Of a stretch of 64,000 nucleotides of DNA, positions 9,084-19,382 are shown in pieces (within the stretch, counting starts at the first letter, position 1; each line of letters begins with the position of its first letter). Source of the stretch: a virus; IMG/VR virus record IMGVR_UViG_3300044638_007100; one strand, 5' to 3'. The position numbers and the translations under genes are program-made. The notes under the pieces are model-generated. The model was not told where the DNA came from, did not search any database, and was given only the letters and a program-made list of their open reading frames with translations.

Positions 9084-11426
9084 TTATGGCATTGCCATTC
9101 TATAAGAATATGCTAACATAGATCCAGATAATTTATTAATTGGGTTTCCATCCAAATATCCAGATGTTGTTATTCCAGTAATTCTAGAATCACCAAAAAC
9201 AGTAAGATTTGATGTGGCAGTTACAGTATTTATACCAACCCTTCCGGTAGTATCAACTATAAATGGAGTGGTTCCTCCTGCCTGATCATCAACTCTCAGA
9301 GCATTTCCAGTTCCGTCCTGAGTGATTCTTACTAAATCATTATTAGTGGTTCCAGAGAACAAACCAACAAAATCAGTAACACTCACAGATTTAACTGTGA
9401 GTATTGCAGTTGGATTTGTGGTTCCTATACCAACATTAGATAGGGTATGAATTCCAGCAGATGTTGTAATCCATTGAGATGATCCTCCTCCACCTGAAGC
9501 AGTAACAGTTACAACACCGGAAGAAACTGGAGATACTGTTAAATTAGTACCAAAATCAATTGTTGTAGCAGTTCCAACTAAAACTCCATCATCCCTGATA
9601 ATAATACCAGAACCAGATGCAACAATACCAGTTAATTGAGAACCATCACCCCTGAAGGAATTGGCAGTAATAATACCAGATATTAGTGCATCACCAATGA
9701 CTGATAATTTAGAAGTTGGATTTGTAGTTCCAATACCAATATTATAAGAACTATTACCATTGATCCAAGTAGTAGAACCAGAACCAATAACTAGTTGATT
9801 AGATCCAGAAACAATTGGAGTATTTCGATTAAATCCAATAACTATATTTTGCGATCCAGTGATGTTGCCAGATCCGGCAGAAGGACCTAAAAATATATTA
9901 CAAGATCCAGTAGTGTTGTAACGTCCTGCGTAGTTACCAAAGAATGTATTATCATTTCCAGATGTATTCGAACGACCAACACCAGGTCCAAAAAAGTTAT
10001 TAAAGTTTCCAGTATTAAGACATCCAGAATATGAACCAAAGAAATTATTATTGGATGCACCAGCATTGCATAATCCACTATAGAAACCAAAGAAGTTATT
10101 ATTGATTCCAGTAGTGTTGTAACGTCCTGCATTATCACCAAAGAAGTTATTAAAAGATCCAGTGGTGTTACAACGTCCTGCAGAACTTCCGAAGAATATA
10201 TTATTACCTCCAGTGGTGTTAGCAAGTCCTGCATTAGGTCCAAAGAAGTTGTTATTAATTCCAGTGGTGTTACAACGTCCAGCATACTGCCCTATAAAGG
10301 TGTTATTGGAACCAGTGGTGTTGAAGTATCCTGCAAAAGGTCCAAAGAAATTATTATTATTTCCAGTAGTATTTTTATAACCACCATAAAAACCAAAGAA
10401 GTTGTTATAACAACCAGAAGTATTAGAATATCCTGCACCACGACCAATAAAGTTATTGTTGTTTCCTGTTGTATTGGAAAATCCTGCAGCACGTCCAAAG
10501 AAGTTATTGAAGCTTCCTGTGGTGTTAGAACTTCCGGCACCAACACCAGCAAAGAAATTATTAGTTCCCGAAGTAATAGAACAACCAGTAGTACTATCAC
10601 CAATTCTTATATTACTAGTTCCAAATCCTAATACTCCATTGATTTGAAGTCTTGTTGTTGGATTTGTGGTTCCAATTCCAACATTATCACTATCATTAAT
10701 AATAAATCTTGGAGTCGCAGTAGAACTATCAAATACTGTTGTTCCAACAGGAGCAGTTGTTGTAGATGTTGGATTTTTTATAACAATTGCTTGAAGACTA
10801 TCCGAAATATTATAGACTAACTTGGTGAATTGAGATGCCTGATGTTGTGCCCAGATTTCTACTGTGCTATTTGTAGAAATTCCAAGTATTCTTACATCAC
10901 TTCTAACTGTACCATAAGAAATATACTCAAAATTAAATGATGCTCTATTTGAAAAATATATTTGAAACGGAGTTTGATTAGTACTTGTCCAGGCACCCAA
11001 AACACCAGAGATTGACAAATGATCAAATGTATTTCCGCTGCTACCTACAGGAAGAGTTGCTAATCTGTAATATGTTGTACTTGCAGGAGCACTCAATCTC
11101 CAACCATTTCCAAAAACAGAATTAGTAAAATCAGTTGCAATTCCAGTTCCAGGATCTTTAGAAGCAACTAAAACAGAACCAGTTACAATACCACTTACAA
11201 AAGCATCACCAGAAATAGAAAGTTTTGATGATGGATTTGTGCTTCCAATTCCAAGATTTCCACCAATATAAGCACCATTACTTCCAGTAACCTGAAACAC
11301 CTGTAATGGTGTACCAGTAGAAGAACCAGAACCTACCAATAAAGGGCCAGCAAAAGTTGCTATTCCAATATTACTAATATTTCTACTCTGATCAACAATA
11401 GTGGTATCTGTGACCTTATATGACAT
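9084..11426 (-). CDS. Long tail fibre-like protein with about 17 tandem 14-aa repeats
   Basis: NNFFGxxAGxxNTTG repeats (42-nt period); several VGIGTTNP motifs. Confidence 0.75.
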   Translation of the reverse strand: MSYKVTDTTIVDQSRNISNIGIATFAGPLLVGSGSSTGTPLQVFQVTGSNGAYIGGNLGIGSTNPSSKLSISGDAFVSGIVTGSVLVASKDPGTGIATDFTNSVFGNGWRLSAPASTTYYRLATLPVGSSGNTFDHLSISGVLGAWTSTNQTPFQIYFSNRASFNFEYISYGTVRSDVRILGISTNSTVEIWAQHQASQFTKLVYNISDSLQAIVIKNPTSTTTAPVGTTVFDSSTATPRFIINDSDNVGIGTTNPTTRLQINGVLGFGTSNIRIGDSTTGCSITSGTNNFFAGVGAGSSNTTGSFNNFFGRAAGFSNTTGNNNNFIGRGAGYSNTSGCYNNFFGFYGGYKNTTGNNNNFFGPFAGYFNTTGSNNTFIGQYAGRCNTTGINNNFFGPNAGLANTTGGNNIFFGSSAGRCNTTGSFNNFFGDNAGRYNTTGINNNFFGFYSGLCNAGASNNNFFGSYSGCLNTGNFNNFFGPGVGRSNTSGNDNTFFGNYAGRYNTTGSCNIFLGPSAGSGNITGSQNIVIGFNRNTPIVSGSNQLVIGSGSTTWINGNSSYNIGIGTTNPTSKLSVIGDALISGIITANSFRGDGSQLTGIVASGSGIIIRDDGVLVGTATTIDFGTNLTVSPVSSGVVTVTASGGGGSSQWITTSAGIHTLSNVGIGTTNPTAILTVKSVSVTDFVGLFSGTTNNDLVRITQDGTGNALRVDDQAGGTTPFIVDTTGRVGINTVTATSNLTVFGDSRITGITTSGYLDGNPINKLSGSMLAYSYRMAMP

Positions 11427-11468
11427 CTATTCTCACAGAACTTTTATATTATTTAGGACACAGCGTTA

Positions 11469-13568
11469 TTATTTTAATTTATTTTTCAATTCATCAATTT
11501 GTTTCTGTTGTTCTTTCACACATTCAATCAGTAATCCAATCAGTCCGTTATAATTGACTGATTTTGGATTTGTATCACTGACCAATTCAGGAATAACTTC
11601 TTCAACTTCTTGTGCGATAACACCTAAAGAAGATTTTCCAGTTTCATTCCAAGTAAATGTTACACCATTCAGTTGAAGAATCTTATCAATTGGATTTTCA
11701 ATTACTTGTATATTATCCTTTAAGTTTCTATCGGAACTTGAGTTAAAGTCAGTTGCAGTAACCACACCAACAAATCTAGCATCTCCAATTACATCAATTC
11801 TTGATGTTGGGAGAAGGGATCCAATACCCAAGCAATTAGTTGAAGTGTTATAAACTATTGAAGTTGTATCAATAAATTGAGTTGATGTTGAGGCACTTGC
11901 TCCAGATGCAAATAAAGGAAATCTAATTTGTGGAGAAACTGTGTCATCCGTAACAGTGATGGTATTTCCACCAATCGCAGATACTGGTTGCCAAGACCAT
12001 CCTCCACTACCATTAGAAGTAAGAACAGAACTTGCGCCACCAACATTATTATTAGCATCATAAATTCCACCACGAACTCTTAGGTTTCCACCAACATCTA
12101 ATAATTGTGTTGGGTTTGTAATTCCAATACCTGTACTGGTAGAAATATATCCACCACCAGTTACTTGAAGTCTTTGTGTTGCTGTTCCCGTAGAAGTTCC
12201 AGATCCAATTAAAACTGGACCGTTAGTGAATGTTGAAATTCCAGTTACAGAAAGATCGTTAAATTGATTAGGGGCAAAGGCAAGTAAAGTTTCTAATGTT
12301 GTTCTTGTTGTAGCATCAACTGTTTGAATACCAGTAATACTAACTAATCCACCTACAGTACCTAAAACTTGAGTCGCACCTACAAAATAAGAAGTTGAAG
12401 TTGTAGCACCAGAAACAAAAGCACTAGTAGCAGTAACAAATCCTAATGTTGTAGTTCCAGTAACATTAAGACTTCCAAGTGTTCCTACAGAAGTCAAGGA
12501 AGAGTTAACAACACCAGAACCAAGTGTATTATTGCTAAGAACATTAGTTCCATTAATCTGATATGTATTACCCGTAATTAGGTTATGAGTTCCAGTAGTA
12601 ACAATACCAGAAACAAAAGCACTAGTAGCAGTAACAAATCCTAATGTTGTAGTTCCAGTAACATTAAGACTTCCAAGTGTTCCAACAGATGTTAGAGAAG
12701 AGTTAACAACACCAGAACCAAGTGTATTATTGCTAAGAACTGAAGTACCGTTGATTTGGTAAGTATTACCTGTAGTAGCATTAAATCCACCACCAGTTGT
12801 GATACCAGAAACATTAATATTTCTTGCTCGTATATCAGTAGCATCTAGATAAGTATCAAAAACAGTAAAACCAGCACCAACAGTTAATCTACTACCATTT
12901 TGAACTGTTGAGGTATTACCAATAGAAACACCATAGTTAAATATCCAAGCATCAGTACCCAATCCAGAATAATGACCCTGCCTAATCCACATAATTTGTT
13001 TATATGTGGATGGACTGTTATTTACACCATCAATCGGGATTGTAAGGATTGGTGTTCCTACAGTTGATGCAATAGAAATACCACCGTGATTTGCTGTTAT
13101 GTCTGTAGAAATATCATTATTATTTGCATCAGTTGTAACGCCAAGTGTGATGTCACGGTCATTAATTTGCAGTTGTTGTGCATTTAACTGTGTTGTTGTG
13201 CCACCAATTGTAACATTTCCAGAAACATTAAGATTTCCAGAAACTGTTAATCCACTTGATTGAGTAACAACACTTGCTGGCGCAGTTCCAGTTAAATTAT
13301 TAGCAATTTGGTAAAATGAACCAGGTTGACTATTTAAGAATTGAACATTTAAATTATTTACTAATGTTGAAGAAGCAACAGAAATTGGAGCAGTTCCGGA
13401 AGCAACATTAGAAGAAAATTGACTTGCGGTTATAATTCCAGTTGCTAAAGTATTACCTATAACATGCAATACTGATGTTGGGTTTGTAGTACCAACTCCA
13501 ACAGCAGCAGCATTAATAATATTTCTAGAATCATCAATAATTGTACTGTTTAGAATTCTAAATGCCAT
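11469..13568 (-). CDS. Tail fibre with C-terminal peptidase S74-type intramolecular chaperone
   Basis: SSDRNLKDNI..I..LNGVTFTW..GVIAQEVE..VNYNGLIGLLIE; internal 198-nt-period duplication (12408/12606). Confidence 0.85.
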   Translation of the reverse strand: MAFRILNSTIIDDSRNIINAAAVGVGTTNPTSVLHVIGNTLATGIITASQFSSNVASGTAPISVASSTLVNNLNVQFLNSQPGSFYQIANNLTGTAPASVVTQSSGLTVSGNLNVSGNVTIGGTTTQLNAQQLQINDRDITLGVTTDANNNDISTDITANHGGISIASTVGTPILTIPIDGVNNSPSTYKQIMWIRQGHYSGLGTDAWIFNYGVSIGNTSTVQNGSRLTVGAGFTVFDTYLDATDIRARNINVSGITTGGGFNATTGNTYQINGTSVLSNNTLGSGVVNSSLTSVGTLGSLNVTGTTTLGFVTATSAFVSGIVTTGTHNLITGNTYQINGTNVLSNNTLGSGVVNSSLTSVGTLGSLNVTGTTTLGFVTATSAFVSGATTSTSYFVGATQVLGTVGGLVSITGIQTVDATTRTTLETLLAFAPNQFNDLSVTGISTFTNGPVLIGSGTSTGTATQRLQVTGGGYISTSTGIGITNPTQLLDVGGNLRVRGGIYDANNNVGGASSVLTSNGSGGWSWQPVSAIGGNTITVTDDTVSPQIRFPLFASGASASTSTQFIDTTSIVYNTSTNCLGIGSLLPTSRIDVIGDARFVGVVTATDFNSSSDRNLKDNIQVIENPIDKILQLNGVTFTWNETGKSSLGVIAQEVEEVIPELVSDTNPKSVNYNGLIGLLIECVKEQQKQIDELKNKLK

Positions 13569-13616
13569 CTATCCTACCTTACAGTAATTTGTTCTTTTTT
13601 TTATTTATGTTTACTA

Positions 13617-15644
13617 TTACTTTAATTTAGACTTCAAATATTCAACTTCACTCTTTAGTTCCTTTATCGATTCAACTAAAACTCCAATCAAACCATTATA
13701 ATTTACAGTTTTATATTCACCAGAGTTAATTACCAAATCTGGAAACACTTTTTCCAGATCTTGAGCAATGATACCACCAGAAGTTGAATTTGTTGTTTTC
13801 CACTCAAATGTTACACCATTAATATCATCAATTTTTTCTAGAGTATTTTCAAATTTCCTGATATTCTTCTTAAGTCTAATATCAGAAGACGAATTAATAT
13901 CAGTAGCAGTTATGACTCCAACAATATTAACATCACCAACAACGGTTAATATAGATGTTGGATTTGTGGTTCCAATACCGACATTAGAAGTTGTATGAAT
14001 TCCAGCGGATGTTGTGATCCACTGAGATATTCCACCACCACTCCCTCCACCCGGAACATAAGGTGTTCCAATAAACTTACCAGAAGAGGAACTATATTGA
14101 ATAACATATCCATCTTGCTTTACACTATTTCTATCAACATCGTCTAAAAACTCAAAACGAGTTTCACCGCCTCCACCAATCGTAGCAAGTTGTTGTTGGA
14201 TACGATTAATGAATAATCTATAATGTTCTTGAAGTTGTTCTAGAGTAACAAAATTTTTATTTAATGGAGTAAGTATATCTTTATTTTTTACTGATGGTGG
14301 TTCAGTAAGAAGATTTTCTGTGAGAATTTTTTCCTCATTAAATTTATCAAAAATTTCCTCAAGATATTTTATTTTTTTCCCTAATTCATAATTTTGTTCT
14401 TCAATTTCTTCAAAATTTAATTTGTCAATTGCTGAACGAACATTTTCTTGTATCTGCTCAAGATTTTCATTCTGAACCTTAATATGAGATTGATTTCTTA
14501 TAATATCAATCTCTAAATCAGAAACTTTTTTAGAAATTTCATTGTTATAATTTTCTGAAATTTCTAGACCTTCAAATACAACTTTCTCAAGATTTTTTAA
14601 TTCTTCAATCTTATCGGTTACAATTTCAATTAAATTAGTCTTATCTCCTTCAACTAGATTAATTTTTTCTAATATACTATTAACAGTTTTATCAAGTTGT
14701 TCTTGAAATTGATTTAATTTATTTTCAGTCTTTCTTTCAGTTTCTACAATAAATCCCTTATACTTTGGAATTTCATTTTGTTTGAGATGTTCAAAATCAT
14801 TAAGAATGTCATTAATACCATTAACAGTTTCTTCATTAGCATTTTGAATGGTTTTGGAAAAACTATCAAGTTTATTATTAGTTTGCTCACTAATTTCATT
14901 AACAGTTTTATCAAGTTGTTCTTGAAATTGATTTAATTTATTTTCAGTCTTTCTTTCAGTTTCTACAATAAATCCCTTATACTTTGGAATTTCAGTTTCC
15001 TTAAGTAAAATAATTGCATCATCTAATTGCTTAAAATCTTCAAGAATACTACTAAGACTTTCTTCATTAATACCCTGAAGTGTTCTAGTTAACTCATCAT
15101 ATTTTTTATCTACAAACTCACCAATACCTTCGAGAGTTTGATTTACATTCGTTTCTAATTCACCATAACGATTATTAGTACGAAGTTCAGAATCAATGAT
15201 TAATTTTTTATATCTTGGAACATCATTTTCAAGAAATTCATTTACAGACTTAGTAAGTCCAGAAACATCTAAACGAATTTCGGTAAGATTCTTTTGATTT
15301 ATTCCATCTACTTTTTTTTGAATATCAGAAATACTGTGCTCAACCACAAGTAGTTGAGACATCATCGCACGATCTAAATCTTCTTTTTTAAGAAGATTTT
15401 TAATATCTGTCTGTATATCTTCTACCTTTTCTGAAAGATAATTAACTCTTTCTACATTGACTCTATAACTATCAAGAGTTTCACTAAAATCAGAGAGAAC
15501 CTCAATTTTGCTTAGATTATTCTTAAATGATTCAAAAGCATCAGAAAATGTATTCAGTTCTGGTGCATGAACCAACTCTTGAACTGAATTATTGACTGAA
15601 GAAATTTCTTTTTTAAAATATTCTGATGGTTTCTTAAGAGGCAC
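13617..15644 (-). CDS. Coiled-coil fibre protein with C-terminal S74-type chaperone
   Basis: SSDIRLKKNI..GGIIAQDLE..VNYNGLIGVLVE; GTG start after ATAAATA. Confidence 0.75.
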   Translation of the reverse strand: MPLKKPSEYFKKEISSVNNSVQELVHAPELNTFSDAFESFKNNLSKIEVLSDFSETLDSYRVNVERVNYLSEKVEDIQTDIKNLLKKEDLDRAMMSQLLVVEHSISDIQKKVDGINQKNLTEIRLDVSGLTKSVNEFLENDVPRYKKLIIDSELRTNNRYGELETNVNQTLEGIGEFVDKKYDELTRTLQGINEESLSSILEDFKQLDDAIILLKETEIPKYKGFIVETERKTENKLNQFQEQLDKTVNEISEQTNNKLDSFSKTIQNANEETVNGINDILNDFEHLKQNEIPKYKGFIVETERKTENKLNQFQEQLDKTVNSILEKINLVEGDKTNLIEIVTDKIEELKNLEKVVFEGLEISENYNNEISKKVSDLEIDIIRNQSHIKVQNENLEQIQENVRSAIDKLNFEEIEEQNYELGKKIKYLEEIFDKFNEEKILTENLLTEPPSVKNKDILTPLNKNFVTLEQLQEHYRLFINRIQQQLATIGGGGETRFEFLDDVDRNSVKQDGYVIQYSSSSGKFIGTPYVPGGGSGGGISQWITTSAGIHTTSNVGIGTTNPTSILTVVGDVNIVGVITATDINSSSDIRLKKNIRKFENTLEKIDDINGVTFEWKTTNSTSGGIIAQDLEKVFPDLVINSGEYKTVNYNGLIGVLVESIKELKSEVEYLKSKLK
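14680..14994. repeat. Identical 96-bp direct repeat (14680-14775 and 14899-14994)
   Basis: Encodes EIPKYKGFIVETERKTENKLNQFQEQLDKTVN twice, 219-nt period. Confidence 0.85.
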
Positions 15645-15675
15645 TATTTCATCATTCTTCTTATAGTAATATTTA

Positions 15676-15840
15676 TTATACTCTATATTCTTCTATTTTG
15701 TCCAATACTTTATTGAGATATTGATGCGCTAACCACTTTGGATCATATCCAGTCTTATTCATCCATTCATTATCCAAATCCTTTTTTAACTTAAGAACTT
15801 CGCATTTGATAATATCTTTGGTCAGTTGTCCTCTTGGCAT
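15676..15840 (-). CDS. Small hypothetical protein (54 aa)
   Basis: Read manually: MPRGQLTKDIIKCEVLKLKK...YLNKVLDKIEEYRV. Confidence 0.65.
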   Translation of the reverse strand: MPRGQLTKDIIKCEVLKLKKDLDNEWMNKTGYDPKWLAHQYLNKVLDKIEEYRV

Positions 15841-15842
15841 AA

Positions 15843-15880
15843 TAAAAAAAAACTCTACCCCTTATTTAGAGGTAGAGTTA
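15843..15880 (-). terminator. Intrinsic terminator after the hli genes
   Basis: AACTCTACC..GGTAGAGTT hairpin plus T-run. Confidence 0.75.
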
Positions 15881-15903
15881 AGTATTATAAATTGTTAGTG
15901 TCT

Positions 15904-16023
15904 TCAGAAAAGACCAGGAATTACTTGCCCAGTGGTGAAGTAAGTACCAACTGCAATTACGAATCCAAGCATCGCAAGTCTTCCGTTCCAACGCTCAGCA
16001 GTTTCAGTGAAAATTTTGTCCAT
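15904..16023 (-). CDS. hli: High-light-inducible protein (39 aa)
   Basis: Read manually: MDKIFTETAERWNGRLAMLGFVIAVGTYFTTGQVIPGLF (ExxNGRxAM chlorophyll-binding motif). Confidence 0.9.
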   Translation of the reverse strand: MDKIFTETAERWNGRLAMLGFVIAVGTYFTTGQVIPGLF

Positions 16024-16033
16024 TTGTTTTACC

Positions 16034-16120
16034 TCAGTAAGTTTCAGAAAGTTTTTCTACAGCATAACTCAGGAGAACCAAAAATGCAACTCCTGTGATT
16101 GTAAAGATTACTTCAGTCAT
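16034..16120 (-). CDS. 28-aa membrane peptide between the hli genes
   Basis: MTEVIFTITGVAFLVLLSYAVEKLSETY; TGATG overlap with the upstream hli stop. Confidence 0.5.
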   Translation of the reverse strand: MTEVIFTITGVAFLVLLSYAVEKLSETY

Positions 16121-16314
16121 CAGAAGATCCCGAAGAAGAAGTTGCCAGTGATAGAATAAGAAATAATACCAGCAACAAAACCGACCATTGCCCAGCGTCC
16201 ATTAGTACGCTCCTTAACTTGATTTGGAGTCAGCATTCCGTAATTCTCATAATACATTACGGGTTCTTTGGCAAACATGTTTTGTTGCCCATATTCATTA
16301 GTTGTTACAGTCAT
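16120..16314 (-). CDS. hli: High-light-inducible protein (64 aa)
   Basis: KERTNGRWAMVGF motif; N-terminal NEYGQQNMFAKEP. Confidence 0.92.
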   Translation of the reverse strand: MTVTTNEYGQQNMFAKEPVMYYENYGMLTPNQVKERTNGRWAMVGFVAGIISYSITGNFFFGIF

Positions 16315-16341
16315 TGTACATTCGTTAAGAATTGTTACACA

Positions 16342-16370
16342 AGTATATAGCAGAAAGGAGGGGGTGTCAA
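16342..16370 (-). promoter_or_regulatory. hli sigma70-type promoter
   Basis: TTGACA-17 nt-TATACT. Confidence 0.75.
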
Positions 16371-16412
16371 GCCCCTCCTGTTACGGTTTTCTCACACAAT
16401 AAGTACAATTGC

Positions 16413-17204
16413 TTACTGCCGTACCTGAGATGGTTCGGTAATTCGACCAAGATATGGATCATAATTCATTAAATCATCAATACTCATATCATAACCTTGA
16501 AGTTCCCAAAACTGAAGAAGACCATCATGACTTGCTTTATGAAATATATCAACATGTTCTGGATGAATGGAAGATCCCAATTCAATACGATAAAGAAAAA
16601 GAGGAATTGAAAATGTATTTCCAGAATTATAAATCAAATCATCAGCAACTGCTCTTGGTTTTACACCTTGATCTAATTTATACTTATCTCCACGAATATG
16701 GAACTTCAATAATTTTTCCGCATGATGGCGACTAATCATATATGCTGCTGTAGAAAAATCATTCACAAATCTTTTATGAAGTTTTACATGAAGATCTCCT
16801 GTACAAATGATTGCGAGTTGAATTACATCCCAGTCATAAGGAACTTTAGATACAAAATCTTTCCAAGTAAAATTCCAAAATCTTACAAGTTGTAAATCAA
16901 CATCATCTTCCATAAAAATAGCATATGAACTATCAGAATTATCATACCAATATTTAATTGCCTTAAGATGAGATGTGGTACATCCAATTTCACTGGTAGT
17001 CATATTGTCGGGATATCTTCCTTTAATAATATTACTCAGATCATCATTACGCCCATCATAAGCAGAAATTCTTGTATAATTTTCTACTTCCCAATATTTA
17101 AATTGCTCATCCATATATTGCTTCCTTTCTGGTTGCTCGTCAAGATTCAAATAATAAACTGGAGGAAGATCTTTAAGTTTGTATAATGATTTATTTTTGT
17201 CCAT
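16413..17204 (-). CDS. Glycosyltransferase family 25-like
   Basis: VYYLNLD..ERK; EIGCTTSH; FMEDD. Confidence 0.8.
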   Translation of the reverse strand: MDKNKSLYKLKDLPPVYYLNLDEQPERKQYMDEQFKYWEVENYTRISAYDGRNDDLSNIIKGRYPDNMTTSEIGCTTSHLKAIKYWYDNSDSSYAIFMEDDVDLQLVRFWNFTWKDFVSKVPYDWDVIQLAIICTGDLHVKLHKRFVNDFSTAAYMISRHHAEKLLKFHIRGDKYKLDQGVKPRAVADDLIYNSGNTFSIPLFLYRIELGSSIHPEHVDIFHKASHDGLLQFWELQGYDMSIDDLMNYDPYLGRITEPSQVRQ

Positions 17205-18111
17205 TTTTATTTTTCTTTTTAATCCATTCTAACACATCTACACTATAATTCCAACCCAAATCTTTTTTAATTTTATCAATTGAAGATCTTGAATGTAAAA
17301 CTTCACCAGGTCTTTCTGGAATTGAAATTTGATATGATGAAATTAAATCAGCAATTTGTTGAATTTCTGTACCCTTTCCAGTACCTACATTATAAACTTC
17401 ACCATATATTTGAAGATCTTTTTGAGATGCAAGTATATTAGCATAAACCACATCAGATACATGGACAAAATCTCTAGTTTGATATCCATCACCAATAACA
17501 GTTAAAGGTTGACTATTATTTTTTTGATTTTCAAAAATAGACATTACTGGTGCATATTGACCAGTTTTATGCTGCCCTTCACCATAAACATTGAAATATC
17601 TAAACATTATAGTTTTTAAACCATAGAGATTATAATACATTTTACATAACTGTTCTCCAGTATATTTGGAAATTGAATAAGTATTCAAACACTCTACTGG
17701 ATTTGTTTCAACACTAGGGAGAAATAAACTATTTCCATAAACTGCAGATGTAGAAGAACATAAAAATTTATTTACATTATGAATTCTAGAACATTCTAGA
17801 ACATTCATAGTTGAAAGTGTATTATTAGACATACTTTCATTTGGTTTTTCGACACAATATGGTATAGAAACATCAGATGCCAAATGAAAAACATTATTTA
17901 CACCTTCAAAAAAATAGAGATATTTTGTATATTTTTCTGATAAATCTTGAAGATAATATTTTGCTTTTTCGTTTTTAAAGTTGGGATGAACTCTGTCTAA
18001 AACTATAACTTCATGCCCAATATCAACAAGACGATTTACAAGATGCGAACCAATAAATCCACATCCCCCAGTTACAATTGATTTCATTAGTATAAAGCGG
18101 TTGGTTTCCAA
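17191..18111 (-). CDS. NAD-dependent nucleotide-sugar epimerase/dehydratase
   Basis: TGGCGFIGSHL; SSTSAVYG; YSISK; FRYFNVYG. Confidence 0.92.
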   Translation of the reverse strand: METNRFILMKSIVTGGCGFIGSHLVNRLVDIGHEVIVLDRVHPNFKNEKAKYYLQDLSEKYTKYLYFFEGVNNVFHLASDVSIPYCVEKPNESMSNNTLSTMNVLECSRIHNVNKFLCSSTSAVYGNSLFLPSVETNPVECLNTYSISKYTGEQLCKMYYNLYGLKTIMFRYFNVYGEGQHKTGQYAPVMSIFENQKNNSQPLTVIGDGYQTRDFVHVSDVVYANILASQKDLQIYGEVYNVGTGKGTEIQQIADLISSYQISIPERPGEVLHSRSSIDKIKKDLGWNYSVDVLEWIKKKNKNGQK

Positions 18112-18725
18112 TATAAACTATTTAATTGGAATAATTCTGTTGTTGGATATGAATCTAGAGATTGATCTGTTCCATTAGAACTGGTTTGATAAAACATTGG
18201 ATCTTTAAATGCATATACATTATAATATCTTTGAATTTCAGCAAATCCAATATCCTGATGATCGGAAATATTAAAAGCATTCATTGAAATTCTTTTGCAG
18301 ATAGAAACATACTCAGGATTAAGATAAAGAATAGCATGAGCACCTAACATATTATACACCCTAATCAAATTATCATCAATTTCAGTATATTGAACAAACG
18401 GTCCAGAATGAGAATTCATTCTTCCCCAAGAAGAAATTCCAAGATAGACTGCATCAGAATCGGAGGGAATTTCAATAATTGGAAAAAAATTTTTAATTCT
18501 ACAGTCATCTTCAAAAATAATAAAAGGAGATTCTACTTTACTTAAAGCATTGAAGTGAGAAAGAGAACATCCAGATAAAGGTTTATCTAAAAATTCAGAT
18601 CCCTCTATTCTTCTAATATCTTTGAATTCAAGATCAGTAAGCATTTTGTGCATATGATCGTTTTTCTCATTATGCCTATTTAAATTAATATAAAATGAGG
18701 GTATTTCTCTAAGATCTATTTTCAT
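18087..18725 (-). CDS. Glycosyltransferase family 25-like
   Basis: FYINL..H.EK; GCSLSH; IIFEDD. Confidence 0.7.
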   Translation of the reverse strand: MKIDLREIPSFYINLNRHNEKNDHMHKMLTDLEFKDIRRIEGSEFLDKPLSGCSLSHFNALSKVESPFIIFEDDCRIKNFFPIIEIPSDSDAVYLGISSWGRMNSHSGPFVQYTEIDDNLIRVYNMLGAHAILYLNPEYVSICKRISMNAFNISDHQDIGFAEIQRYYNVYAFKDPMFYQTSSNGTDQSLDSYPTTELFQLNSLYWKPTALY

Positions 18726-19369
18726 TGAGTTATTTCTTTATTGGCAAATAATAGTTCAGAATGAGTTCTAAAAATTTCAGTATATCCATAATCTGAAAGA
18801 TAAGAAATTATATCTAAAATAGTAAAACCAGCATCTTCATATGTGCCACCATATTCCAATTGAATATAATTAATTTTCTTATTTTCCAATACTTCCTTTC
18901 CACCTCTCAAAATAGAAAATTCTGATCCTTCAGTATCAACCTTTAAATAATCAATTCTTTCTAAATTAAATTGATTAAAAATAAAATCTAAAGTGGTACA
19001 TTCGACTTCAATTTCCCCAACATCCTCAAAACATTTTCGATCAAAAAGAGAAGAAATAGCATGACTAACTGGTGTAATGCTTATATTCGGAATATACAAA
19101 ATTTTATTTTCTGTTGAATCTGATAAAGCTTTTTTTATTACAACAACTCTAGAATCATTTTTCCACTTTTTTTCATAATTTTGCCAATGCAAAGGATCTA
19201 GACCATAAAATTTAGAATTTGGATACATGCTCAACCCCAATTCAGTAAAATCATCCAATATTCCACAATGCTCAGGAATATAATTAATATTACAACCAAC
19301 ATCAAAAAAAATAGGAACATAGTCATTTGCAAAATTTACTTTATCCAAGCAAAGTTTATAACTTTCCAT
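18722..19369 (-). CDS. FkbM-family methyltransferase
   Basis: FDVGCN; TTLD; LKVDTEGSEFSILRG. Confidence 0.85.
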   Translation of the reverse strand: MESYKLCLDKVNFANDYVPIFFDVGCNINYIPEHCGILDDFTELGLSMYPNSKFYGLDPLHWQNYEKKWKNDSRVVVIKKALSDSTENKILYIPNISITPVSHAISSLFDRKCFEDVGEIEVECTTLDFIFNQFNLERIDYLKVDTEGSEFSILRGGKEVLENKKINYIQLEYGGTYEDAGFTILDIISYLSDYGYTEIFRTHSELLFANKEITQ

Positions 19370-19382
19370 TTAAATCATCTCC

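Noticed and set aside
9887-10647. Alternative-frame repetitive ORFs in the fibre genes
   Set aside because: By-products of the 42-nt repeat in the real fibre frame.
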